A stretch of DNA of 64,000 bases from Octopus vulgaris (lineage: Eukaryota), in contig OX597817.1 of NCBI GenBank assembly GCA_951406725.2, positions 13,702,001-13,766,000 on the forward strand, given 5' to 3'. A model generated the notes under the pieces. The model did not search any database and was not told the DNA's origin. It saw only the letters and a program-made list of their open reading frames with translations. The stretch's first letter is position 1, and each line of letters opens with the position of its first letter. This document shows positions 1-12,557 of this stretch, in pieces. A program made the translations under genes and the position numbers.

Positions 1-1449
1 AAAAAAAAGTAATAGTTTTGTTTAACAAAGCTAATAAAAAAGGGGAAAAGAGAATCTATTAAATGTAATTGAAGACTCGAAGAAAGCAATTTTTTTTCTT
101 TTTGTTTAGAATGAACAATATTCTAACAAGCCCTTTCTTTCTCTATTATGACCATTTCCAAAGTCTTCATAGGTTGCAAATCTCTTCTATTTATCTTTTG
201 CTGACTGTTGGAGACAGAATTAACAGTCTATTTTGGGTGGAGATTTGAAGATAGAATTAGGCTTTCATTACCAAATCTCATTGGATTTGCACTCAGTCAC
301 AGCATTGAGTATGGGGCTCTGTAAGCAGATATCTATCTTTATGTTTAATCTCTTAATTAAGCCATATGTTGCTGAACATTGAATTAATACACATGCCATA
401 AGGGAGTTTCCCTGCTGAAGGCTCTTAGTTTGTCAGCTTTGATTTTCCTCCACCATATCACTCCCACTTCAGTCCTCACTCAATTACACACACACTTTGA
501 CCTTCATCTTACATCCATCTGCCACCTAGAGACTGGAAAATACCTAAGACAAAAGAAACAAAGGCCTTTAGAACAAAACTGGGGCCTCTGCAGACGTTCT
601 GAACCCACACACTCCTCCACTGCACATGTTTACCAACAATAGCTGTCAGATGGCCTACCACCCCAACACACCTTATGAAATTCATAAGTTGGGGCTGGCA
701 AAACAAGAAAATTAAACTTTTGTGGGACAATGGGAACAAAAAGACAAAGAAAAAAATCAATACCAGGCTGGGAACATAGTACAGATCAGCTGTCCACCAA
801 AACTCACACCTTTATTAGCCTCTATTTTTTTTAATTTGGAAAAGCAAATGGTGCCCTAAGAACCATATGCAGACAGCCTCCCAGGCCTGCAGGCTTATAA
901 TAACAGGAAAACCAATTAAAAACTGGCATTGTTGGCTGTTTATGTAGACAGCTGATGACATTTTTCTCTCACTTTTAAGCCACTCATTTTGAACACCCTA
1001 GGGTCACCTTTTGTCAGGTCTTGCTGCAATTTGCCTTATCAGCTGCTAGAAACCAGCCTGCTTTGGACATAGATTACTTGTCCATCTCAACATGGTAGAT
1101 AGAAGAGTGTCTTTGTCATTAGGGAAAGTTCCAGGTGATATGTATATCTTTCAAAACAACCCTTAGGAAAGTTAGAAGAGAAATGTGAGATATCCTTGAA
1201 CAGTTCACATGGGAAAGTTTTGAATCAGGCATAGGATACCTCTAACATCAGTTGCTACTTCTGTTTTTTCTCATTGATTCCATATTATTTTATTTTATTT
1301 TATTTTATTTTATTCTATTCTTCCCCTTTTTTTTTTTACAAATACATTTTTATGAATGAACTTAGAATTAAATGTTCTTTTCATTCAAGTTTCTTATAAC
1401 AATACTTGTTTGATTTAAACTTATTGTTAAGTGAATATCTAATATTCAG

Positions 1450-1563
1450 GTTGAAGATGCTGTATTAAGAGAACAGACCGATCAATATAACAGAAGAATA
1501 CGTGGTTTTGAAGAAAGACAGAGACAATTTAGAGAACAAGAAGTAAGAAGAACTGAAGCTGAG
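1450..1563 (+). CDS. CBFB: Core-binding factor beta (Brother/Big brother family), internal coding exon equivalent to vertebrate exon 5; upstream exons lie outside the window
   Basis: Acceptor aatattcag|GTT. Translates VEDAVLREQTDQYNRRIRGFEERQRQFREQEVRRTEAE, which aligns with recalled human CBFB QEDALAQQAFEEARRRTREFEDRDRSHREEMEVR and fly Big brother HEDAILREQIDRYNQRLREFED. Donors GTAAGA at 1543 and GTAGTA at 1564, both phase 0. Confidence 0.85.
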
Positions 1564-4048
1564 GTAGTACAAGCTTTGTTGCATATATCAGAAGGCTGCA
1601 AGTCTTGATATGAATTTAATTTTAAGTCATTCCATCATTTTAAAAAAACTCCATTAAATTAGATATTTTCAAACAATTATATATTAAATTTTAATTTCAC
1701 AAAAATTCAAATGTAAATTAAATCTATCAAAAATATGGACTTATTTTGATTATTTATTCAATCTATTTATTTTAATACATTTATTTCTTGAACATCTTAG
1801 TACTATTTTGAAAGGGAAGTTAAAACCAATTTTTAATCAACTCTTCACTCTCATTGCATTCCAGTTTTATTCGCAAATTTAAAACAAAGCAAAATGGACA
1901 GCAATTAGAGTTTTTACTTCAGAAAGAAATAGCAAGAAAACTGCATACAAAATTAAAGGAAAAATATAAAAAAGCATATGATACAATGTATTTTCTTTGT
2001 TGTCCCTTATTTTGAAGAGAGAAATAGATTAAAACATTTCTTTTAGATATATTATTAATTAGACTAAAATGGAAACAGTATTTTTTTTTATTAAACAAAA
2101 GTAAAATAGAATTATTGTTTATGAAATAAGGGATAATATTCTCTCTAAACTTTAGCTTGTTTTGAGTTTATTTTAAACTAAAACTGTATATATTTTTTAT
2201 ATCTTATTATTCATGATTTTGCGCCTTTGTTATAGATATTTCAAGATATTCTTTCACTATATTTATATAAAATTAAAGATCAACAATATTGCTTATAATT
2301 GTCTTACTTTGATGTTGCTTTTTATTTTGTTTCTAGCAATAAAGTACATCTACCCAATACTTTGTTCTTTAATTTACATGAACTATTTTAAGCTTTAATT
2401 TATTCTTTAAAATATTGATAATATATTGCCTAATGAAAGTATATTTTCAAGTAGGTATGTATTTTACTCCTTGTTTAGCTCTAAGAAATGTATAATTGCT
2501 TTTGAGAGTCTTTTGGAAGCAAAATATGTAGATTCTAAACAGTTAAAGGAAAATTTTTAAAAATTAAAATTATGTTCTCTTTGTAAATCTAATTTTAAAA
2601 AAAATTCTCAAAGTAATTAAAGACAGATTAATCAATAATAGGGCAAAGATACTCTAAATTTGCCTTAAACATTATAATGTAGTACTAAAAGTTAAAAAAA
2701 CTTCATAAAAATGAATGTTTGAATTTGAATTAGTTGAAATAAATGAAGACCATTTAGAATAATAATTAACATTTTTCCTAATTATTTTGATATATGTATC
2801 TCGAAATATTGTAAATTAATATTTTAGGCATATTTGCTTCGATTTTTAACAATATTTTAGATAAAAAATGGTAGCATCCTGGAAAATGCTGTAAGAGAAA
2901 CCATACCCTCCACTGTTAAATTTGCACTGAAAAGTAGCCACATAAATCAATAAATTTCTACTGTGAATTTAGAGTTACCTCCCCCTGCCCGATAGACATT
3001 AAGGCCAGGAATCTGGAAATGAATCTTATTTAGTTTTAAAAGTGTTGTTGTCTGGATGTTTTTAGCATGCCAAAATTGCTGAAACAGATAGGATTTTAAT
3101 TGATCCTTGAATCAAAGTGCTATTTTTTGTTAATATTTGATTAATTTTTTTTCATACGAATGCTTTAAAGGCTTTTTAGGCTTATATCTGGGCATAGCAT
3201 ATGCTTCTAAAACAAGTAGAAACTAGTTTAGCTACATCTGCCTGAATGCAACAAAGAGCAAAATGGCAGGTTTAGGCCCACATTTCCTCTGACAACACAA
3301 TAGCAGAGACTGATGAAATACCCTCTGCCTTGTTGCAGTCTTAACTTAGCTTAATTGGCAAAAACAGAAATCATGTAAGAGTCTAGAGGATGGTTGAAAA
3401 AGAATTGAATTTATCTTATTATTATTTATGGACTTCTCTTATATCCTCTTATAACACCATTGTTAAAAGCTAAAAAACTGAATTTTTTTTCTTTCAAAGG
3501 CTTCTCAAAGTTGCTGTGAAGTAGTACTTTGTCTATAAGATTTCAAATATATTTGGTGGTGCTATAAAATTATACTAGGTGTTTTATTTTCAAAGTTAGT
3601 AATTTAGAAAAAAATTTTCAGTTATTGTTGAATGAAGCAACACTAAGTATATTCCTTTTAAAACATTATTCTTTAGTTTAAGCATATGTTTACTACTAAA
3701 ATTGTCCCTGTGGTTTTTATACACTCCGCCCACAGTTTTAATTACAGTTTCAAAACTATCATTGTGTTAAAAACGTTAGCCATTGTGACAATAATTATAT
3801 TTCTTATGTAAAAAGGCTATGACAAGATTTATATAAAGGAACACTCTGTATTCATAAAAGTTTGTTTATAAAAATTATGCAAACTTATTCCTCTTTTATA
3901 GGCTAAACTTTAATTTGCGTTCATATTTTTTCTTCCGTATTGATTTCACTTGATGAAACTTTTTTTTGTTGTGACAGCTGTTGTCATTAACAAGTGCAGC
4001 CTTACGAATAGACCTCATTTAAATATATCCCATCTCCAGTTTTCTCAG

Positions 4049-4105
4049 GGTGAAGAAAATGTTGCTAGGAGAGCTTACTTATATAGCCACACCCATCCTC
4101 ATTAA
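4049..4105 (+). CDS. CBFB: Candidate alternative terminal exon of CBFB (GEENVARRAYLYSHTHPH*)
   Basis: Pyrimidine-rich acceptor ccatctccagttttctcag|GGT, phase 0, open to TAA at 4103-4105. A second in-frame AG 9 nt upstream would add FSQ. AATAAA near 4373. No transcript evidence. Confidence 0.4.
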   Translation, partial: GEENVARRAYLYSHTHPH

Positions 4106-4496
4106 ACTCAGAGATTTACTTCAAAACAAAGAAAGGGTATTACTTCCTAGTATTTCCATTTAGATTTTATTCACTTTATTTTCTTAGATTATATTTCTGT
4201 GTAATTGAGTATCCATTGTTCACACTATTCTGAAATACTAACCTTAAGTTCAATTACTACTTTATCTGTCTTTCTGTATGGCATTCTGTGTGTGTGTTAA
4301 ATTTACAAGTTCATTTATGTATGCATGTTAAGCATTAAACTTTATGTAATTATATAAAGGGCTTTATACTCTAATAAATTATATTACTTAATGCACTGTA
4401 TAGTATTAAGTTGCATTCTTATTATATATATGTATGTATCTATATATATATGTATATAAATATAGAGAGAGCGATAGATAGATAGATATGGACTCC

Positions 4497-4542
<46 letters not shown>

Positions 4543-4812
4543 GATAAATATGGACTCCATAAAATATATATAATTATAATATTCATGAAATTCAATCTCT
4601 CTTTAAGCAATTGCTTTTACAAGCTTTCATTAATGTATTTGTATATATAATTTTACTTTTAATTACTTACTAATGTATTTATTTTACTTGTAACTTATTA
4701 TGGCTTTTGTGCCACTGGAAACTGATATAAGCCTTACATTATAAATAGTGAGCTGTTCTTGTGAAGAACCAATATTTTAAACAAATTTCTGTCTTTACAA
4801 TTTTAGTTGCTT

Positions 4813-4813
<1 letters not shown>

Positions 4814-4864
<51 letters not shown>

Positions 4865-5291
4865 AGTGTGTGTGTTTATATGTATGTGTGTGTATATACA
4901 TGTATATATATTTTTATGTGTGTGTGAGTGTATGATTGTGTGTATGTATACTTATACATATGTATGTATATACATATGTATATTTATACATATGTATATT
5001 TATGCATATGTATATATATATGTATGTATGTGTATATATATGTATGTATATATATGCATATGTATGTATATGCATATGTATGTATATATATATGTATGTA
5101 TGTATATATATGTATATGTATGTATGTATATATATGTATGCATGTATATATATATGTATGCATGTATATATATGTATGTATATATATGTATGCATGTATA
5201 TGTATGTATATATATGTATGCATGTATATATGTATGCATGTAGATATATATGTATGCATGTATATATATGTATGTATATATATATGTATGT

Positions 5292-5322
<31 letters not shown>

Positions 5323-5528
5323 CATGTATTTATATGTATGCATGTATATAAATGTATGCATGTATATATATGTATGCATGCGTATATATATGTATGTATA
5401 TATATGTATTTATGTATATGTATGTATATATATGTATTTATGTATATATATGTATTTATGTATATATATGTATATATGTATGTATACATGTATGTATATG
5501 TGTATGCATGTATGTGTACATGTGTGTG

Positions 5529-5581
<53 letters not shown>

Positions 5582-5904
5582 ATATGTATATATGTGTGTG
5601 TGTGTATATGTGTATATATGTATATATGTGTGTGTGTATATATGTATATATGTGTATATATGTGTGTGTGTATATATGTATATATGTGTATATATGTGTG
5701 TGTGTATATATGTATATATGTGTATGTATGTGTGTGTGTCTATGTATATGTATATATGTGTATATATGTGTGTGTGTCTATGTATATGTATATATGTGTA
5801 TATATATGTGTGTGTGTCTATGTATATGTATATATGTGTGTATGTATATGTATATATGTGTATATATATGTGTGTGTATATGTATATATGTGTATATATA
5901 TGTA

Positions 5905-5953
<49 letters not shown>
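4814..5953. repeat. Compound (TA)n/(TG)n/(TATG)n microsatellite, ~1.1 kb
   Basis: Directly visible; source of the spurious YI/CV-rich ORFs. Confidence 0.97.
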
Positions 5954-5958
<5 letters not shown>

Positions 5959-6879
5959 TCGGGCTGTAGCAATGCTAAAGCGCTGCCTTGAAAAATAATA
6001 TTTATCAATTTTAGTTATTCGTCTTTTTGTTAATTTAACAATTCTTGTTTAACTGGACATTTTATTGTGCGTCTGATTTAGAAATTACGTTATTATTATT
6101 ATTATTATCATTGTTATTATTATTATGTAATTTTAGAGATTTGATACTTTCTAAATTTTCCGCGTGGGTTATTATTAGCAGTGGCTCCGATCTCATAATA
6201 ATAATAAATTTAGTTCAGGCTAAGATTGCGCGATGTATTTAAGAGAAAGAGAAGCCCTTTGTTAAGAAATGTAAGGTTTACGACATCGTTTGAGTATAAA
6301 CTATTGAAGAAAGATAACTCTGACGATCGTTAAATAATACTCATCGCTGTAAAATGTGATATAAAACCATTTTATTTTTTCCAAGTATTGGTTAACAAAC
6401 GCAAAATCATTAAACTTCTTAGCGATTTAGTATTCTTTATATAAGTTCTCTCCCTTTGCACACCCTACCCGGGGTAACAATCAGCCGAAAAATAAATAAA
6501 TAGAAAAGAATAAATAAATAAATAAATAAAAAACCGCGATAAAAAGCCTATATTTTTCTCATATAATTCTGATAGGTACAGCTTCTCATAATTATTGTTT
6601 TTTTAATACGTACATAATCACACCCATCCGCACTCGCGTGTGGGTGTGTATGAATAAAATTTTATATTAGTAAACATTATACTTTTAAAGGAGAGATTAT
6701 TATTCTAGGTATCTACTTATTATTTAGGAACATCTATTTAGTCTTTTTTTGGGGTTTTTTTTTTTTTTTCTTTTCATAATTGATACCGTTCGAAAAAGAA
6801 AATAGTGGAACAAAGTAAATCACTCCTTTGTTTTCATGGTGAAGCTTTCTTGCTGGCTTTACATACGCAACGTAGCTAG

Positions 6880-6978
6880 CTGTTAAGCTTTGCCACTGAC
6901 AAAAGTGAAGATTACATGGAAGTGCTGTCAGAAGGCCAAGCCTACAGCTCTGGCTTATACACTGCTGTGAAGTTGTAA
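6880..6978 (+). CDS. CBFB: Candidate alternative terminal exon of CBFB (LLSFATDKSEDYMEVLSEGQAYSSGLYTAVKL*)
   Basis: cgtagctag|CTG, phase 0, 32 sense codons with protein-like composition in an AT-rich intron. The polypyrimidine tract is weak. Confidence 0.35.
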   Translation: MLSFATDKSEDYMEVLSEGQAYSSGLYTAVKL

Positions 6979-7053
6979 CATCTTATCAATATATTATTTC
7001 TGAAGGCTCTTTAACAAAGACAATCTTCTGTCCTAATATTTAGATCTAATGTG

Positions 7054-7383
7054 ATGAATATGGTCTAAAATTACTTGTGGGTGTTTGGTTTTTCATTTTT
7101 TTTTTTTATTAAAAAATTTTTTTTTTCAATGATAGTATTTTAAATCTATTTGTCAAGTTTTCAATTATTTTACTAATCCACGATTTTTAAATAAATTACA
7201 ATTTAAAATAATTAATCAATATGAATATGGTCTAAAATTACTTGTGGGTGTTTGGCTTTTCATTTTTTTTTTTTTATTAAAAAATTTTTTTTCAATGATA
7301 GTATTTTAAATCTATTTGTCAAGTTTTCAATTATTTTACTAATCCACGATTTTTAAATAAATTATTTAAAATAATTAATCAAT
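7054..7383. repeat. Tandem duplication of a ~165-bp unit
   Basis: atgaatatggtctaaaattacttgtgggtg... starts at 7054 and again at 7221; copies are near identical. Confidence 0.92.
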
Positions 7384-7740
7384 ATTCAGGTTTGATTTAA
7401 AAAAAAAAAATATTATGAAAAATGTTTTTATATAAATTAATTTATATCTGAGAAGATTTTATTTGTTTGTTTATTTTTTCCCATTTAACTAAATATATTT
7501 TTTAATTTAAAGTAGGTGTATTATTACAGTATTCTTATCACTGACATTATTAATTTGGCAGTAAAATTTGTATGGAATGTAGAATATTGGAATAGATAGA
7601 TGTTTTTTATGATATTTAGTCATAGGCCTCAATGTTTTCAATTTAAATTCTATAAGCACCAGTAATATATTAGTCAATTCTACTCCACCTCTACAAAAAT
7701 TGACCCAGTACATAATTTAAAGAAATCATCTACTACTTCC

Positions 7741-7779
<39 letters not shown>

Positions 7780-8654
7780 GTTGTTGTTGTTGTTGCTACA
7801 ATCTCCTCCATTTTCTACCATTTGGTTGGTTTGAAGTATTTGTTTCCTTCACTCATAGATTTAACAATTATTTCAAAATATTTCCTGATTTCCTCATAGA
7901 GTTCTAATATTGATTTCTTTTGTCCAAATACAAACGCCCTGTATTTTTAGAGTAGGGAGATAACATTCATAGGCATGAACTCTTAGTGTTGTCTGTGAAG
8001 TGCTTATGGCCTTGACTTGCTTTTTGAAGCTGATCTGTAGTCTCTGCATGCTTACTTCATGTTCTGCAGTCTTCCATTAGATACTTCTAATGCTACAATA
8101 ATTGTTCTCACCATAAAAAAAAAGGTGTGTCAGTTGTTAATATTGGTTGGTACTTGACTTGTAGACTTCTCAAAGTGTTAGAATATACTATCAATGATAG
8201 CATTATTTACATTACAGTCAAAGGAAATTTATGGGTTTTTTTTTTTTTTTCAGTGTAATTAAGTATATAAAAGAAAATAGTCTCTCAGCAACTTTTCCTA
8301 TATTCTGTAATAAATGTTTTCGACTATGCTAAAATTGTATATTATGTATGTCAAGATGTTTAATATAAATATTTATTTCTATAAAGAAATTTATTATAAG
8401 AATCATTTGAAAATATTTCTATAGAATGTCTGTTAATCTTTTTGGAAGTTATTCACTAAATATATAATTCCACATAAAATGAAAATAATTTCATAAAAAT
8501 GTAACAAAAAATACAAAACAACAGAACACCACTACCGAATCTTTATAAAACAACCTATTATTGGCCTGTTATAAACCCTTGTTAGCTGTAAACAAATTCA
8601 TATAAATTAGTAAGTATTGGGGGGGGGGGATAAAAATGAAGCAGTTATTTTATT

Positions 8655-8840
8655 TGGTAGAATCGTTAACTTGCTGGGCAAAATACTTAGTGACATTTTG
8701 TTTGTCTTTAACTTTCTGAGTTCAAATTCTTCCTAGGTTGACTTTACCTTTCATCCCTTTCAGGATCAATAAAATAAGTACCATTTGAGCAACTTATCGC
8801 TCCCCCGAAATTGTTGACCTTGTGCCAAAATTTGAATCTA
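8655..8840 (+). mobile_element. tRNA-derived SINE family B, old copy with CpG decay
   Basis: Matches family B head/core (ttctgagttcaaattc...gactttacctttcatcc) with the ccttgtgccaaaatttga tail. Confidence 0.75.
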
Positions 8841-8908
8841 ATATTTTATTTGTAATGATTGACTCTTGCTATTATAAATATAATTAACCATCTTTCAATT
8901 ACTTTCAG

Positions 8909-8962
8909 GTACACAGTCACAGTTCTGATGCTAGTCCCAGTGAGACGAGTGGTAGTGAATGA
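8909..8962 (+). CDS. CBFB: Probable last coding exon of CBFB (VHSHSSDASPSETSGSE*)
   Basis: Strong acceptor tctttcaattactttcag|GTA, phase 0 matching the 1450 exon donors, stop TGA at 8960-8962, followed by a long repeat-poor AT-rich tract. Confidence 0.65.
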   Translation, partial: VHSHSSDASPSETSGSE

Positions 8963-11008
8963 AATCAACTTATTCAGAATATATTCTGTACATATTGTAA
9001 CATAATATCCTCGTGTGAGAGGTTTAATTTATTGGTTGTCTTCAAAATTGGTTGTTTCTAAACTGAACACCACAGTTCTCAAGTTTACTATTATTGCTCT
9101 CAATAGTAAACTTACTGTTCTCTGTTATTGGTTTCAATAATAAGCATTGTCCATTGTTATTTGTTTTCATTAAACTCTATTCACTACAATTCCTATCCCA
9201 CCTACTAAATAGCAAATTCATAAAAACATACATTATTTTTGCTATATAAAACCTCTTAGCATAAATAACACTTATTTTCATATGGTTTCTCTTAATATAC
9301 TCTTTTAACATTCTTCCTCTTAAAGTTTTATGAAACTTTCAAAATAATCACACACTCTAAATATAATACAATTTCTCTTTCCAAAATAACTGTGAAACCT
9401 CTCTATCTGTCAATCTATCTCATAACTGCAATTTGCTGGTTTTTTTATTATTATTTATTTTTGTTTCTTTGACTGAGTGCCTTGCTGTTGATTCTGTTAG
9501 TCTTATTAACACTGTATTTAGAATAATATTGGTATTTATTTGAGGTATAATTTATTATGTCAAAATAATAATTTCCATATTGCTATTCATATTTAACTAA
9601 CAATTGAGGGTCATGATGGCCCAGGTATTTGAACACCAATTGGGTTATTGTTTTACTGAAACTAAACCAGAACCTCAATATTCTGAAATTAAATCCTGCA
9701 GGAATGGACTTTGCCTTCCATCTCTGTTGGGAGTCATTAAAATACCAGTTATAAGCTGAGGTTGATTAATTTGATTATACTCAACTCTTGCAAATTTGGC
9801 TTCCTTCCTAACCACAAGAAATCAATATTTCATGAACAATAATCCAAGCTTTCATTTATTTTCATATGTGTGCTTCAAAAATGATTTTTTTAATACCGAA
9901 ATTTTAGCTTAACTCATTCTGTCTTGTTTGGTTTTAGTGGTGTCTCTTGTGAACTGCAATAATCTTTTATAAATATGTCATTTAAATTAGTTTCTAAAAC
10001 CAATTTCTTTTGCTCTAATCTTGTAAAATGACTACAAAATTTCCATCTTTCACTAATGACTTATTCTAACTAACATATAATAAGATAACAGAATGAAATC
10101 AATAATTGTTATGCAATTACAAAGACTTATATCTATATTTCTATATTTCTAAGGTATATTTATTTTCACATGAATGTTTGAAAGCTATGACAAAAAATAA
10201 TTTCTAATTAAAGGTCATTTTATTTAATGATGCTTGCTATAATTACATAACTAATCAATTATTTTTCTTATATCATGTATACAAAGAGCACCACCCCTCC
10301 CACATAAATAAATGCATTATTTAAACTTCAGTTTTATATTGACATATCAATTTTCATTATTGGTTTATAGATTTGTGTAATACTTCATCACACACACACA
10401 CAATTTTTTTTTCCTAGCAAAATATTAATAGTTGTATCTTCATGATGTGAGTAGTTCACGATATATATTTTCCACATTTTTGTTGAGTCAAATTGTTTAT
10501 TCTACAAATACACACATTATTGAATTCGCTCCTTTATTATTATTCTTTTATTTTAATATTTCTTTACAAATACTCTGTTCAACTGGCTGTAGTAGATACA
10601 GTTAAATTGAGTATTGGTGATCAGGTCAGAAACGTATGGTGAAAGTTATTAATTCTATTAACTAAATAAAGTAATAAATAAATCATTGAAATAAATAATT
10701 AAATTCAATAAGGTGTCTATATGATTTTACTAAAGCACAACTTATATCTATTTAAATTGATGATTTTTTTTATATAAAATTATTTTGCACTGTTTGAATA
10801 TTTTGAAATTACAAAGAATGAGAACTTTTTTTTTTTTATAATTTTTTTTTTTGTAAATTTTTTTCTGTAATTGGGATTAAACAAGAAGAATTATATTAAC
10901 TTAAAAGAAATCATTTTGTCCATTTATATAGATTTGACATTGTATTGGTTTCTTTTCTGAATATTCCTACTAGTGCAATAGATCAAAAGAAAGCATTTTC
11001 TCTCTGAC

Positions 11009-11046
<38 letters not shown>

Positions 11047-11810
11047 TTTTGTTAATTGTATCACTTTCTTTAATCACTTTTCACGGATCTGTGCTTTATT
11101 ATCCTGTTAAATATTTCCCCAAACATTTTTATTTTTTTATTATTTATATGTATCTGATATTTTTAAAATTTTAAAATAAAATCTTAAAATTATTATCTCT
11201 TTAATTTTATATTTTGAAATCTTAAAGAAACAAACTACTTTATCATCATCATCATCATCATTATTTTTTTTTTTAATCATCATTAAAATCATTGTTAATG
11301 AAGGTTTCATTAATCAGTCATTATACGACCTTATCCAACGAATCTCATTCCTTGGTTAAAGCTATTTTAAACATTAAATTTCTGCTTTTCTTTGAAATAG
11401 TTCAGATATATGCAATTCTTCTCACTTATTAAGACGCATTTATCAGAAAAAAAGAGACAGAAAAAATAATTATTTTGTATCAATCCTTCCCTAATTATCT
11501 TTTATTAATTAGTTTTGGTGTGTATTTTTTTTCCTAAATTTATTTTTTCACCTTTACAACACTGTTTAGTAAAGCAATTAATTATCTTTATAATTTGCAT
11601 ATTTGACTTATTAATCAAAATTCTCTAGATGTAATATATACTAAGTAATGCATCCTTCATTTATGTGTTCTGTTCTGTATTATGCATGCGTGACTGTTTG
11701 TATGTAAGTGTGTTTAACTGTGCACATGAATGTGAATATTAAAGAACATATTTATTTACTATGATTGTTATTTTCAGAACAAATAAATCTTTTGGCTGTT
11801 ATTCATCGTC
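8963..11810 (+). other. Putative 3' UTR of CBFB
   Basis: ~2.8 kb AT/U-rich tract almost free of transposons. AATAAA at 11782-11787 is followed by a T/GT-rich tract; dense repeats resume at ~11880. Confidence 0.5.
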
Positions 11811-11879
11811 TTTTTTATTACTATCATTGTTGTGTAAGTTATAATTATTGTTATTGTTGTTATTATTTTTGCTAGTTAA

Positions 11880-12085
11880 AGGGTGGTGACTTGGCTGAAT
11901 ATTTTGAGTCTTGTAGTATGTAGTTGTGATATTCTATATTCTGAGTTCAAATCCAACTGAGGCTAACTTTACATTTCATTCTTCTGGAGTTGATAAAATA
12001 AAGTATAAGAAAAGTGCTGGGATCCATGGTATCAACTGCCCACCTCTCCTGAAAACTACTTACCTTGTGCATAAATTAGAAACAG
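11880..12085 (+). mobile_element. SINE family B, degenerate
   Basis: ttctgagttcaaatccaactgaggctaactttacatttcattc core plus ccttgtgc tail. Confidence 0.7.
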
Positions 12086-12203
12086 TTATTATTGCCAGCT
12101 AAAGTAATGCTTGTTCACTGACACTATTTTTAATTAATCATGCGTTACGTTGTAGCTTTGAGATTTTGAAATAGTAACTCTTAACTTTTAGAATGATATT
12201 GTA

Positions 12204-12557
12204 GGCGCAGGAGTGGCTGTGTGGTAAGTAGCTTGTTTACCAACCACATGCGTGGCACCTTGGGCAAGTGTCTTCTATTATAGCCTCGGGCCGACCAAAG
12301 CCTTGTGAGTGGATTTGATAGACGGAAACTGAAAGAAGCCCATTGTATATATGCGTGTGTGTCTGTGTTTGTCCCCCTAGCATTGCTTGACAACCGATGC
12401 TGGTGTGTTTATGTCCCCGTTACTTAGCGGTTTGGCAAAAGAGACCGATAGAATAAGTACTGGGCTTACAAAAGAATAAGTCCCGGGGTCGAGTTGCTCG
12501 ATTAAAGGTGGTGCTCCAGCATGGCCGCAGTCAAATGACTGAAACAAGTAAAAGAGA
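12204..12557 (+). mobile_element. tRNA-derived SINE family A (CORE-like start, internal TA/TG microsatellite)
   Basis: ggcgcaggagtggctgtgtggtaag...accttgggcaagtgtc...actgaaacaagtaaaagag; more than 12 copies in the window. Confidence 0.9.

Noticed and set aside
100-1260. GC-richer intronic block with ORFs 430-642 and 509-760 as a CBFB exon
   Set aside because: No resemblance to the conserved CBF-beta domain. It is probably a decayed transposon, but I cannot assign a family.
4866-6008. Long ORFs up to 356 aa rich in Y/I/C/V/M/H/T, also at 45652-46469, 48734-49299 and 52757-56480
   Set aside because: They are translations of TA/TG/TATG microsatellites, which lack stop codons in most frames.
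7381-7395. aatattcag|GTTTGA, an acceptor resembling the one at 1450 and giving a V* micro-exon
   Set aside because: No polypyrimidine tract, it lies at a duplication edge, and chance similarity is likely in AT-rich DNA.
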